64,000 nucleotides of DNA from Minisyncoccota bacterium (GCA_041662545.1 JBAZSH010000004.1:1803-65802), one strand, 5' to 3'. Positions 55,911 to 64,000 are shown, counted from the stretch's first letter. Numbers and translations are program-made. Notes: generated by a model not told the origin, from the letters alone.

Positions 55911-57286
55911 AACATTTTTATTGCTTTGTCAAGACGAGCCAAGGATTCTTCTTTGCCAAAGATTTCCAATAAAGTAAACGGGTCAGGCGATTTTTCCAAA
56001 CCAGACAAAGCCACCCGCAAAGGCCATAGAACCTCCCCTTTCCCCTCTTTTTCCGCCAGTGTCATCAATTCTGTAAGGTTGAACCTTAAGGTTGAACCTT
56101 GCGCTGCCAGAATTTCCCGCGCCCGCCCAAGGCGGGCGCGCGTTTTTCCCTCATCTTTATCTTTCTTCCACAAAAGTAGTTCCTTGGGGTATTCCGGCAT
56201 TTGGAAAAAATATGCCAGCTCTCCCCTTTCCGCCATAATTTTGATGTCGCTAAATTTACTAATTCGTTCCAACACCAATGGCGCGATTTTTTCCAAAATC
56301 TTTTCTGTTTCTGTGTCTTCCCCCAATCCCAAAACTTCTTTGATTTTTTTGATAATTGGTAATTGGTAATTAGGCATTTTCTTGATGTGTTCCCTATTCA
56401 TCCAATCCAATTTTTCCACATCAAAAATCGCGCCACTCTGCTGAACTTTTGCCAAATCAAAATTTTCTATCAATTCTTTCACAGAAAAAATCTCTTGCTC
56501 ATTGCCCGGATTCCAACCAAGCAAAGCCAAATAATTTATCAATGCTTCGGGCAAATATTCTTGCTGCCGATAAAAAGCCACCGAGACGCTTTCGCCGTGT
56601 TTCCGTTTGGAAAGTTTAGAACGATCCGGCGCGAGTATTAGTGGAATGTGAGCGTAAAACGGCTGCTTGCCCGCCGATGAGGCGGGCTCGCCATCTCCCA
56701 GCGCCCGCCAAATCAGAATTTGGCGGGGCGTATTAGAAATATGGTCCTCGCCGCGAATAATGTGCGTGATTCCCATTTCCCTATCATCCACCACATTGGC
56801 AAAATGAAAAATCGGCTCGTCCAAACTTTTGGCAATTACAAAATCGCCAAGCTCTTTGGTGTCAAAAGCAATCTCGCCTTTTATCAAATCGTTGAAAACA
56901 ATTTTTTGGCCGGGATTTTTGAAACGAATCACTTCATCGCGCTTCCCCTCCCCGCCCTCTTCTTTGGACACATAGGCCACGCCGGAATCCAAAAGTTGTC
57001 GCAAATATTTTTTATAAATCTCCAGCCGATCCGACTGGCGAAAAAATTCATCATGCTCAATCCCCAACCATTCCAAATTTTCCAAAATATCTTTTTCGTA
57101 TTCCGGCTTACCGCGTTCTTTGTCGGTATCTTCCACCCGCAAAATAAACTTCCCACCGTGTTTGCGGACAAACAAAAAATTAAACAATGCTGTTCGCGCG
57201 CCACCCAAATGTAGCCACCCCGTCGGTGACGGCGCGAAGCGCGCCCTTACTTCTTTTTCTCCTTTCTCCATTTTTTTCTCCATCAT
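55907..57286 (-). CDS. gltX: Glutamate--tRNA ligase
   Basis: RFAPSPTGWLHLGGARTALFN, LRVEDTD, IIRGEDH, KLSKRK, LRVALSG..SP. Confidence 0.96.
   Translation of the reverse strand: MMEKKMEKGEKEVRARFAPSPTGWLHLGGARTALFNFLFVRKHGGKFILRVEDTDKERGKPEYEKDILENLEWLGIEHDEFFRQSDRLEIYKKYLRQLLDSGVAYVSKEEGGEGKRDEVIRFKNPGQKIVFNDLIKGEIAFDTKELGDFVIAKSLDEPIFHFANVVDDREMGITHIIRGEDHISNTPRQILIWRALGDGEPASSAGKQPFYAHIPLILAPDRSKLSKRKHGESVSVAFYRQQEYLPEALINYLALLGWNPGNEQEIFSVKELIENFDLAKVQQSGAIFDVEKLDWMNREHIKKMPNYQLPIIKKIKEVLGLGEDTETEKILEKIAPLVLERISKFSDIKIMAERGELAYFFQMPEYPKELLLWKKDKDEGKTRARLGRAREILAAQGSTLRFNLTELMTLAEKEGKGEVLWPLRVALSGLEKSPDPFTLLEIFGKEESLARLDKAIKML
56074..56100. repeat. Tandem REP-like palindromes inside gltX, encodes QGSTLRFNL
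   Basis: aaggttGaacctt twice. Confidence 0.75.
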
Positions 57287-57305
57287 TGCCCCATTTTAGC
57301 ACAAA

Positions 57306-58049
57306 TCAGCTTTTAACAGGTTTTGTCTTGATTTCGCAGGTCAAACCTGCGAAATTGTCATCTTTTTCAATATCGGCTCTTCCTAAAATAAAATCTTTCG
57401 CAAAATTCTTAAAATCTTTTGGCGAAGAAAAAACCTCGCCTAGCAACCCTTTTTCTAAAATTAGTGAATATTCTCTATTGCCAGTATAATCAGCCAAACT
57501 ACAAAAAGGATAATTTATTGCCCACCGAAAGGCGTCTTCAAAATTATCACGGGCATTTTTTAAACCTCCTGGATATAACTCCATTGGATTTTTAACCATA
57601 ATATAAACCGCCAGATAACGAAAATATTTGTCATCTTGGATAGTTCTTGCTTTATATGAACCTTGAAAAATACTTCCTGCTTCGCCATATTTCAGATTAA
57701 AATGACCAGTCATACTATTGCCGAGCTTTTGCATAAACTTTGCTATCCCACCATTGATAGTTTCTTTAGCTAATATATGAAAATGATTAGGCATTAATGT
57801 GTAAGAAAGGATGGATGTTAGAGGCTTCTGTTTTGGCCAATTAATTGGTCGATCAAATATCTTCGCACCCCTTTTTACATTTTCCTCAAGTTCTTCTTCC
57901 CAACGCTCAGAAATATATTCATCATTTAAATGACGAAGAATTTTTAAAAAACGCCAATGATCACTCTCGTCTTTTACAATCGGCAATTTTTTGGCACCTC
58001 TTTTTAAAATGTGAACATAATTTCCAACTGTGAATGGTTCTTTTCGCAT
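57306..58049 (-). mobile_element. REP-associated tyrosine transposase (RAYT, IS200-like Y1 HUH family)
   Basis: YVHILKRG, YTLMPNHFHIL (HUH), GSIFQGSYKA, YIMVKNP, YPFCSLADY; palindromes at both ends. Confidence 0.9.
57331..57355. repeat. REP palindrome at the RAYT 3' end, within the last codons
   Basis: atttcgcaggtcaaacctgcgaaat. Confidence 0.9.
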
Positions 58050-58078
58050 AAAAAATGTACTTATATTATCTCGCCTAT

Positions 58079-58127
58079 TTCTGCGCAGGTCAAACCTGCG
58101 AAATTCGCAGGTTTGACCTGCGCAGAA
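58079..58127. repeat. REP doublet (REPIN-like) upstream of RAYT
   Basis: Perfect 24-bp inverted arms ttctgcgcaggtcaaacctgcgaa-a-ttcgcaggtttgacctgcgcagaa. Confidence 0.92.
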
Positions 58128-58146
58128 TGCAGATTTGCTAAATTAG

Positions 58147-58578
58147 CTATTTCTTGAACTTGGAGATCTGGGCATCTGCCTGCCGAAATTTTTGCCAAGA
58201 TTTTTCTAACCGAAACATTTTACCGCGCACATCCATATAACGCCGAGACAGGTCTTCAATCAAGTCCGAAGAAAGTTTTGCCCCATAAATGCCGGCCACC
58301 TGCTCAAGATAGACGATCATTTTATTACAACCAAGCATAGCTTTTTCAAGTGTAACAACCGCCACCTTGAAATCCGAAAAACGCATACCGTGCGACTCGG
58401 CGATAAAAAGCGGAATTGAGAGAGCGCAATTGGTCATCCCTTCCAGTAAATCGTATTTAAGTTTTACCAACTCTGGCCTAATATCTTTGTAAAAAATCAC
58501 CGCGCCTTCAAGCGTCTTTTGATACACCTCTAAATCGCGAAAACTGCGAATTGGTTTTTTGGGTTTAAAAGTGTACAT
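58147..58578 (-). CDS. Four-helix-bundle protein (23S rRNA-IVP/Avd-like family)
   Basis: IRSFRDLEVYQK...ALSIPLFIAESHG. Confidence 0.85.
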   Translation of the reverse strand: MYTFKPKKPIRSFRDLEVYQKTLEGAVIFYKDIRPELVKLKYDLLEGMTNCALSIPLFIAESHGMRFSDFKVAVVTLEKAMLGCNKMIVYLEQVAGIYGAKLSSDLIEDLSRRYMDVRGKMFRLEKSWQKFRQADAQISKFKK

Positions 58579-58587
58579 TTTATTAAT

Positions 58588-59853
58588 CTACACGATAATC
58601 GCTTTCCTCTCAATATTCTCTCTCGGCACCTCTACTTTTAAACCATCTTTAAATCTTACGAATCTTTTCTTTTTTCCACTTAATTTTTTCACCACATGGA
58701 GCGGATAAAATTCAAAATAATCTTTTTCGTCAAACCAACCGCATTTAAATTCAAAAAGTCGCAATCCAGTCAACCGACTCATCGCCATAGCATACCAGGT
58801 CAATTGCTCAATCGGCTGTTCTTTGGCGGCATTTGGTTTGTAATCCAGCAAATGAACGCAACCGTTACGAATCTGTATAAAGTCAATATGACCAGTCAAT
58901 AATTTCGGCATCGGGACCGGCCGTCCCGATGCCGATTTTGACTTGACTCCTGTGGTATTATTTCTTTTTAGTTCGATTAATCCATTATCAGTCACTTTAA
59001 ACTTCAACACATTTTCCATATGCTCCACATCTTCGCGCCGAATATATACCGGCACTTCAGTGGCGACAGTACAAGAATCATTGGCAATAAAAAATCTTTG
59101 CAATTCTTCATGCCGCGCTTTATTCTCCGTAACCGCTTTCAAAACAAAATTGGCAAGCAGATTGGCAAAATTTTCTTTGCTTCTAACAATCATATCGGCT
59201 TTGTCAAATTTGCTTTTTATTTCCGACATCCGCGCCCCTTCTTGGAAATATTGATGCGGGGTTTCCGAGGAAACGCTGTCAAGATATTCTTTTAGTGGCT
59301 TCAAATTCCGATTCCTAAATTCCTCCAACATCAAATAGGTTTTTGCCCTGTGATAACGAAATCGGTAAAGTTGGCGATGCGCCATTGTTACCACCTCAAC
59401 CGTCTCCTCTGGTTTACAATACTTAACCGCCCACGGCCGTAATCTTTCATAACGGCAAAGTGGCTTGTATTCCTCTATCCACCCAGAAAGCGTTTGCGGG
59501 TCCGGCGCCGAACCAAATTTTTTCTTTACCAAGGCGCAAGCGTATTCAAGAGTAAAGCCGAGATTGTAATAGCTCATACTATCAATAATTATTCTCAGTG
59601 GAAATTTTTTACCTTTGATATCTCGCGCCGTAAATGTCCGACCGCAAACGGGATTACGGCAAAGATATAATTGCGCTTCGCCAAATTTATTTTTTCTTAC
59701 GCCTCTTTTTACAAAATCCACGGACTCACAATAAGGACAAAATTCAGCAGGTTTTTGAACAATTATTTCCGTATCACGCGTAGATTTTACCGCCGTATCA
59801 CGACTTTCTTGAGTTTTTGCCACTAACCCCGTCATTCGTGATATTTTTTTCAT
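58588..59853 (-). CDS. IS1 InsA-like Zn-ribbon/HTH fused to a PD-(D/E)XK nuclease
   Basis: CPYCES..VKRG..QLYLCRNPVCGRTF; ATEVPVY...GHIDFIQ..LLDYKP...QLTWYAMA. Confidence 0.8.
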   Translation of the reverse strand: MKKISRMTGLVAKTQESRDTAVKSTRDTEIIVQKPAEFCPYCESVDFVKRGVRKNKFGEAQLYLCRNPVCGRTFTARDIKGKKFPLRIIIDSMSYYNLGFTLEYACALVKKKFGSAPDPQTLSGWIEEYKPLCRYERLRPWAVKYCKPEETVEVVTMAHRQLYRFRYHRAKTYLMLEEFRNRNLKPLKEYLDSVSSETPHQYFQEGARMSEIKSKFDKADMIVRSKENFANLLANFVLKAVTENKARHEELQRFFIANDSCTVATEVPVYIRREDVEHMENVLKFKVTDNGLIELKRNNTTGVKSKSASGRPVPMPKLLTGHIDFIQIRNGCVHLLDYKPNAAKEQPIEQLTWYAMAMSRLTGLRLFEFKCGWFDEKDYFEFYPLHVVKKLSGKKKRFVRFKDGLKVEVPRENIERKAIIV

Positions 59854-59868
59854 TATTTTTTCATCAAA

Positions 59869-62800
59869 TTATTCTATTATTGGAGGTGTCGTGGACGCCA
59901 CATCAGGAGTGGTCGTAGCTGTCTCCACCGGAATTTCTATCGTTGGTGGCGGTTCTATTGGTGGAATAATTGGCGGAGTAGTCGTCCCCGTGCCTGATGT
60001 TGTCGTGGCTCCTGCGGTATCGGTCCCGGAACCCACATTCACCACCCGCGTGCTCGTCGCCGTTAAATTATTATTATCCGTCGCCGAGTAATCAATGGTG
60101 TATGAAGTGCTGGTGGAAGTGTCCAGAGAAATCGTGCTTACTTGCGCGCCATTCACAAAGTAATGCACGCTCAAATCAAGTCCATTGCTGTCTCGGGCAA
60201 TCACCCCCAAATCAACATAGGTCGCCCCAACAGAAATTTCGGCTGGATTGTTTCCTTGAATCAAAATCGTCGGGACACCAACCACCCCTTCATCCACTCC
60301 TTGATAAGGAGGGGTGCCGTCAGGCGGGGTGATGCCCCCGCCCGCCTGCACCAACATCGCTTTCAGTTGGTCTTTACTAACACAAACATCATCAACACAC
60401 AGCTGATTTTCCACCCGCACAGTGCCCACAACCAGATTAGCGATCCGTGTAAGGGTTTGACTGATGGCCACTCCCCAATCGGCAAATTTCGCTAAAATCG
60501 CCTCCGTAACCCGCGAGATAAAACTTTGGTCAGCAATAACATTGGCCGTGCTACTGGCGATAATTTGGTCAATGCTTGTTGAAGCAAAAGCTCGGGCAAG
60601 CTCGGCAGTGGAACTAGCAATTTCATTTATCCGTGTGTTCAGTTCCTGCACCCCCTTAATCACCTTCCACGAACTAACCTCCGACACGCCGTAATATCCA
60701 TCCGAACCCATTGAAACCAAATCATCATAACCAGCGGCAAGAAGTTCTTGCGCGACTACACCAGTTTTCTTGTCTCCAGAAGCGATAACTTTGTAATCTT
60801 TAATAGGCAAACCCAAGAGGTATGGTAATTCAGGCATAGCGGCAACGATGTCGGTCTTTAATCTAGCGTCTGATGAGCAGGTTGGCGTCACTCCGCCCGA
60901 CTCGGGATTCCAGGTGCAGTTGCCGTCGGTGTCAAGAAGTTGGAACATATCTCCATCACTAGTATACTCAACTGACAATTTGTAAAGGGGACTCGTCGTC
61001 CCGATGCCGACGTTGCCGGAATCCAGTAACTTAAATAAGACCGACGTCCCAGCCCCATTCCAAATTTCGTAATTCTCGCCCGTGGCAGGCAGGTATGTTT
61101 GAAGCGTGTCATCGGGTGTTATCCTAAAAATTGTCGATAAGCCACCTGCTGCCCTACGCGCTTTATATCCAGAATTGTTTCCAATGATTATAGACCCGCC
61201 AACAATTTCAAGCTTGTCGCCTGGCCCATTCGTTCCAATGCCGATGTTGCCGGTTGTTGCTTGGACTACGACAGCACTTGCAACACCCGCAGTATTTAAT
61301 TTCAAATCTCCAGTCAGAGCACTACTTCCGACAGTTACATTTTCCGAAGCATCAGCCCCTAGAACATTTCGTGCCGCTCCAGCCACGTTTTGGACTTGAT
61401 AATAGAAGGCGTTATCTATTTGAATATTTCCAACAGCCACATCCAGTTTTGCCTGTGGGTCCGTCGTCCCGATGCCGACGTTGCCGCCGTTTGGTGCTAA
61501 CAAAGTTTGTCCACTAATGTTGTCAACTTGAAATCTTGATGTTGTTTGGTCAGCACTAGTAATAATAAAACCTTGAGTTCCTACACCACCACCCGTGTTT
61601 GTTGTCGGATAAAGATATAGAAACTCATTAGCATTTAGACCAAAATTCCAATTTCCCCTGTTCCCGACAGTATCGCTAATTCTTAACGCACTGGTTGCAC
61701 CACTGACAGTTGCCGTAACTTGTAATTTAGACGCTGGACTCGTCGTCCCGATGCCGACGTTGCCGCTTGCCGTAGCGAAATATGCCGAACCAGTGGAACC
61801 AATCTGCGTGGTGGAAGCATTACCAAAAGTCTGTAAAGCAGTCCAAACATTTGCGTTTGCCATATTCAAATCAAGAGCCGACGAACCACCGAGAGAGATT
61901 GGTGAGGTGCCGACGGTAACGCTTCCGCTACTTGTCAGACCGATGGTGGAGTTGGCAAGGTAGGAATTGATGACGGAACTAGCGGGCAAGATGACGCCTC
62001 CCGAAATTGTCAGACCGTTGGTGCTGGAGAGACCAGCTGTCGCCACTCCGCCGGCGAAAGTTGAGGTAGCAGTGGAGGTAGAGGTAATCTTGGAAACCTC
62101 CAGACCATTCCAGAAGGAAGCGAATCGGGAAAGAATATCGCCTGCGAATGTTGTTGTCCCCGTGCCGGTGTAAGTGGTATTGCCCGCGACCGACAGATTG
62201 CCCGAAAGCGTAGCGTCGCCGAGGTAAGTATTATGAGCGACGATACCATTGCCAATAAAGTTATGCGTCCCTTCCACTTCTATGTCATAGACCTGCTCGG
62301 CGGGCAGTTTTTCTATCTTTACGATTTTATCCCAACGAGTAGTGTCTCTTTGTCCTTCAATAGCGATTTCCTGACCTTCTTTAATATCTATCACCTTGCG
62401 CCACATACCGTTTTTGCTGTCCACAGGGGGAGCGCTTGACAAGTAACCTCTATGGGTATAAGCTACAGGCACTATCCCCGAGGCGGAGACGTTCGTAGTC
62501 TCCGCCTCATTGTTTTTATCACTGGCGCCAACATACTCCACCAAATGACGCACAGAATTGAGGTGTATAAATTTAGAACCAAATAAACTGCGTAAATCCC
62601 CGGCGGAACTTTCTGTTGTGCTTACGAGTCGGACTGATTGTTTTTTCTCAAGCAAGTGCTTCAATACATCGTAATAATCTCCGTCACCAGTCATTACTAT
62701 CGCGGCATCATATTCGCCAATCCGACGCATCATCTCAAAAGTCATGGCGGAATCAACATCCGCTTTCGCCTCGCGTCTCGCAATGAGACGAGTTAGTACA

Positions 62801-63999
62801 AGAACCAACTCATATCCAACACGGAGTAAGGTGTCATACAAATTCGCCCTTTTCTTATTGTGAGTAGTACCACAAAAGAAAAACACACGAGAGACCCCAT
62901 AGCGACTAGTCAGATATGTATAAAGTTTTTCATAATCAACCTCCCACCCCTCACGCAAGGTAGCGTGATAAACATTGGAAGCGTCAATAAAAGCAAAAAC
63001 ACGACTATGGCTATTAACCATTGACGTGTTTTTGTCAGAGTTAAATACATTACCATCGTTGGCACATGTGATTCTCTTTAGAGAATTGATGGATGTATTT
63101 CGATTAAGTTGTCCTCCAACCCCTGTATTGGAGTGAGCGAGGGCTTGGTGCCATACCTCGCTAGCTGGCTTTATTTTATCAAAAGCAATATTTTTTGACA
63201 ACACAAAATACGGATGCTCAGCTGTGGTGCGAATGGTTTTGCCACTGGAGGTAGTAAGTTTGAAAATCGGTCTTGTTCCCATCTCCATCATAACTTTGAC
63301 TTTGCGATAAACAATTTTGCCTGTAGTTTCGTCTAAAGTTGCGATTTCGTCGCCTGGTTGAATATCCTTAATGGCGACTTCATCGTAGATGAAGTCGGAT
63401 TCCTCAAGGTCAGACCTTTCTTTAGATCCAAGGTCTGACCTTTTCCCTCCGACTTTCCCTTTCTTACGCCGTCTGCGGCGAAGTTTCGTATCTCCCGTCA
63501 CACAATGACCCATTAGATTGGTAATACCTGAAATCAATGCTCCGCCTTGAACGGCGAAGTCCGTCCCCGGCGTGCTCGTCCCCACCCCCACCTTGCCGTT
63601 AGAATCAATAATAAAAGCGGTGGAGGTGGCGGAGGCGGTGGAAGAAGAAATTGTGAACAAAGGCGTAGTGCCGAGTGAAGCGCCGGCCACCGAAAACCGA
63701 GCCCAAGGGGAAGTCGTCCCGATACCGATATTGCCTGCTGTTTCCACGCCAGAAACTGCCGAGCCGTTATACATTCCCGTCCCATACAAAACATTGCCGA
63801 TATTTAGTTGTTGCGAGCCGGTGTTGGATGGCAAGTCCACATTTTGACCAATGGCGATATTATATGCTCCGGTAGTTAGAGAAAATCCAGATTGATAACC
63901 CAAGAGAGTATTGTAATCGCTTCCAGTAGACGCAGAATATCCAGATTGATAACCGATATAAGTGCCACCTTGATTGTTGTAATTCGCAGTACCAGCTCC
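59869..63999 (-). CDS. Giant fibre-like surface protein (5' part beyond window) with intein, GNVGIGT repeats, peptidase-S74-type chaperone and DUF5011-like Ig domain
   Basis: Frame stays open to the window edge; repeated GNVGIGTTSP; SSDARLKTDI..TGVVAQEL..IKGVQEL; ILIQGNNPAEISVGATYVDLG. Confidence 0.88.
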   Translation of the reverse strand, partial: GAGTANYNNQGGTYIGYQSGYSASTGSDYNTLLGYQSGFSLTTGAYNIAIGQNVDLPSNTGSQQLNIGNVLYGTGMYNGSAVSGVETAGNIGIGTTSPWARFSVAGASLGTTPLFTISSSTASATSTAFIIDSNGKVGVGTSTPGTDFAVQGGALISGITNLMGHCVTGDTKLRRRRRKKGKVGGKRSDLGSKERSDLEESDFIYDEVAIKDIQPGDEIATLDETTGKIVYRKVKVMMEMGTRPIFKLTTSSGKTIRTTAEHPYFVLSKNIAFDKIKPASEVWHQALAHSNTGVGGQLNRNTSINSLKRITCANDGNVFNSDKNTSMVNSHSRVFAFIDASNVYHATLREGWEVDYEKLYTYLTSRYGVSRVFFFCGTTHNKKRANLYDTLLRVGYELVLVLTRLIARREAKADVDSAMTFEMMRRIGEYDAAIVMTGDGDYYDVLKHLLEKKQSVRLVSTTESSAGDLRSLFGSKFIHLNSVRHLVEYVGASDKNNEAETTNVSASGIVPVAYTHRGYLSSAPPVDSKNGMWRKVIDIKEGQEIAIEGQRDTTRWDKIVKIEKLPAEQVYDIEVEGTHNFIGNGIVAHNTYLGDATLSGNLSVAGNTTYTGTGTTTFAGDILSRFASFWNGLEVSKITSTSTATSTFAGGVATAGLSSTNGLTISGGVILPASSVINSYLANSTIGLTSSGSVTVGTSPISLGGSSALDLNMANANVWTALQTFGNASTTQIGSTGSAYFATASGNVGIGTTSPASKLQVTATVSGATSALRISDTVGNRGNWNFGLNANEFLYLYPTTNTGGGVGTQGFIITSADQTTSRFQVDNISGQTLLAPNGGNVGIGTTDPQAKLDVAVGNIQIDNAFYYQVQNVAGAARNVLGADASENVTVGSSALTGDLKLNTAGVASAVVVQATTGNIGIGTNGPGDKLEIVGGSIIIGNNSGYKARRAAGGLSTIFRITPDDTLQTYLPATGENYEIWNGAGTSVLFKLLDSGNVGIGTTSPLYKLSVEYTSDGDMFQLLDTDGNCTWNPESGGVTPTCSSDARLKTDIVAAMPELPYLLGLPIKDYKVIASGDKKTGVVAQELLAAGYDDLVSMGSDGYYGVSEVSSWKVIKGVQELNTRINEIASSTAELARAFASTSIDQIIASSTANVIADQSFISRVTEAILAKFADWGVAISQTLTRIANLVVGTVRVENQLCVDDVCVSKDQLKAMLVQAGGGITPPDGTPPYQGVDEGVVGVPTILIQGNNPAEISVGATYVDLGVIARDSNGLDLSVHYFVNGAQVSTISLDTSTSTSYTIDYSATDNNNLTATSTRVVNVGSGTDTAGATTTSGTGTTTPPIIPPIEPPPTIEIPVETATTTPDVASTTPPIIE
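62230..63504 (-). mobile_element. Intein (425 aa) carrying a NYN (LabA/DUF88 PIN-like) domain
   Basis: Block A H|CVTGDT, block B IRTTAEHPY, blocks F/G VYDIEVEGTHNFIGNGIVAHN|T; NYN FIDASN, KADVD, MTGDGDY. Confidence 0.9.
63406..63442. repeat. REP-like doublet inside the intein, encodes RSDLGSKERSDL
   Basis: Coding strand aaggtcagacctt-ggatctaaaga-aaggtctgacctt. Confidence 0.88.
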
Positions 64000-64000
64000 A

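Noticed and set aside
58147-58578. Avd-like gene suggesting a diversity-generating retroelement
   Set aside because: No reverse transcriptase and no TR/VR pair differing at adenines found in the window.
58588-59853. IS1/IS6-type insertion sequence
   Set aside because: No DDE triad or terminal inverted repeats seen; the C-terminus is PD-(D/E)XK.
60281-60350. GC-rich hairpin-like stretch in the fibre gene linker (PPYQGVDEGVV)
   Set aside because: Possibly another decayed repeat, but too degenerate to assign from one copy.
60990-61766. Repeated cgtcgtcccgatgccgacgttgccg (about 60994, 61463, 61741) as CRISPR or DGR repeats
   Set aside because: They encode the GNVGIGTT protein repeat, are irregularly spaced hundreds of bases apart, and no cas genes are present.
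59869-63999. Prophage tail fibre
   Set aside because: An S74-type chaperone is present but no capsid, terminase, portal or integrase genes are in the window; the C-terminal Ig domain fits a cellular surface protein. Sequence beyond the window cannot be assessed.

Overview
A 64-kb chromosomal segment of a small-genome Patescibacteria (CPR, Parcubacteria-like) bacterium using the standard genetic code. Lineage is inferred from gene style: split transketolase, short PheS/PheT, TrbC/VirB2-like pilins, a stand-alone VirB4/TraD-like ATPase and IleRS with an inserted histidine-phosphatase domain. The window holds translation and replication housekeeping genes, a glycolysis/pentose-phosphate cluster, five tRNAs, two RelE-type toxin-antitoxin pairs, several surface proteins, and a variable region between tRNA-Arg and tRNA-Phe. 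Main unexplained signals: (1) a REP-associated tyrosine transposase (RAYT) flanked by AGGTC-N-(A/G)ACCT palindromes, with a related ~37-bp doublet element (consensus AAGGTCAGACCTT-RRATCTGAAGA-AAGGTCTGACCTT) sitting in frame inside rpiB, both transketolase halves, a glycosyltransferase and an intein, and looser copies in pheT and gltX; (2) a 425-aa intein inside a giant fibre-like surface protein that carries a NYN ribonuclease where a homing endonuclease would sit, plus an antisense promoter-hairpin unit; (3) a ~125-nt structured repeat in three copies with compensatory base changes; (4) a Mom-like GNAT-CYTH fusion beside an NDT-like gene; (5) homopolymer frameshifts in a type IV pilin and its divergent neighbour. 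All family assignments are by motif recognition; no searches were run.
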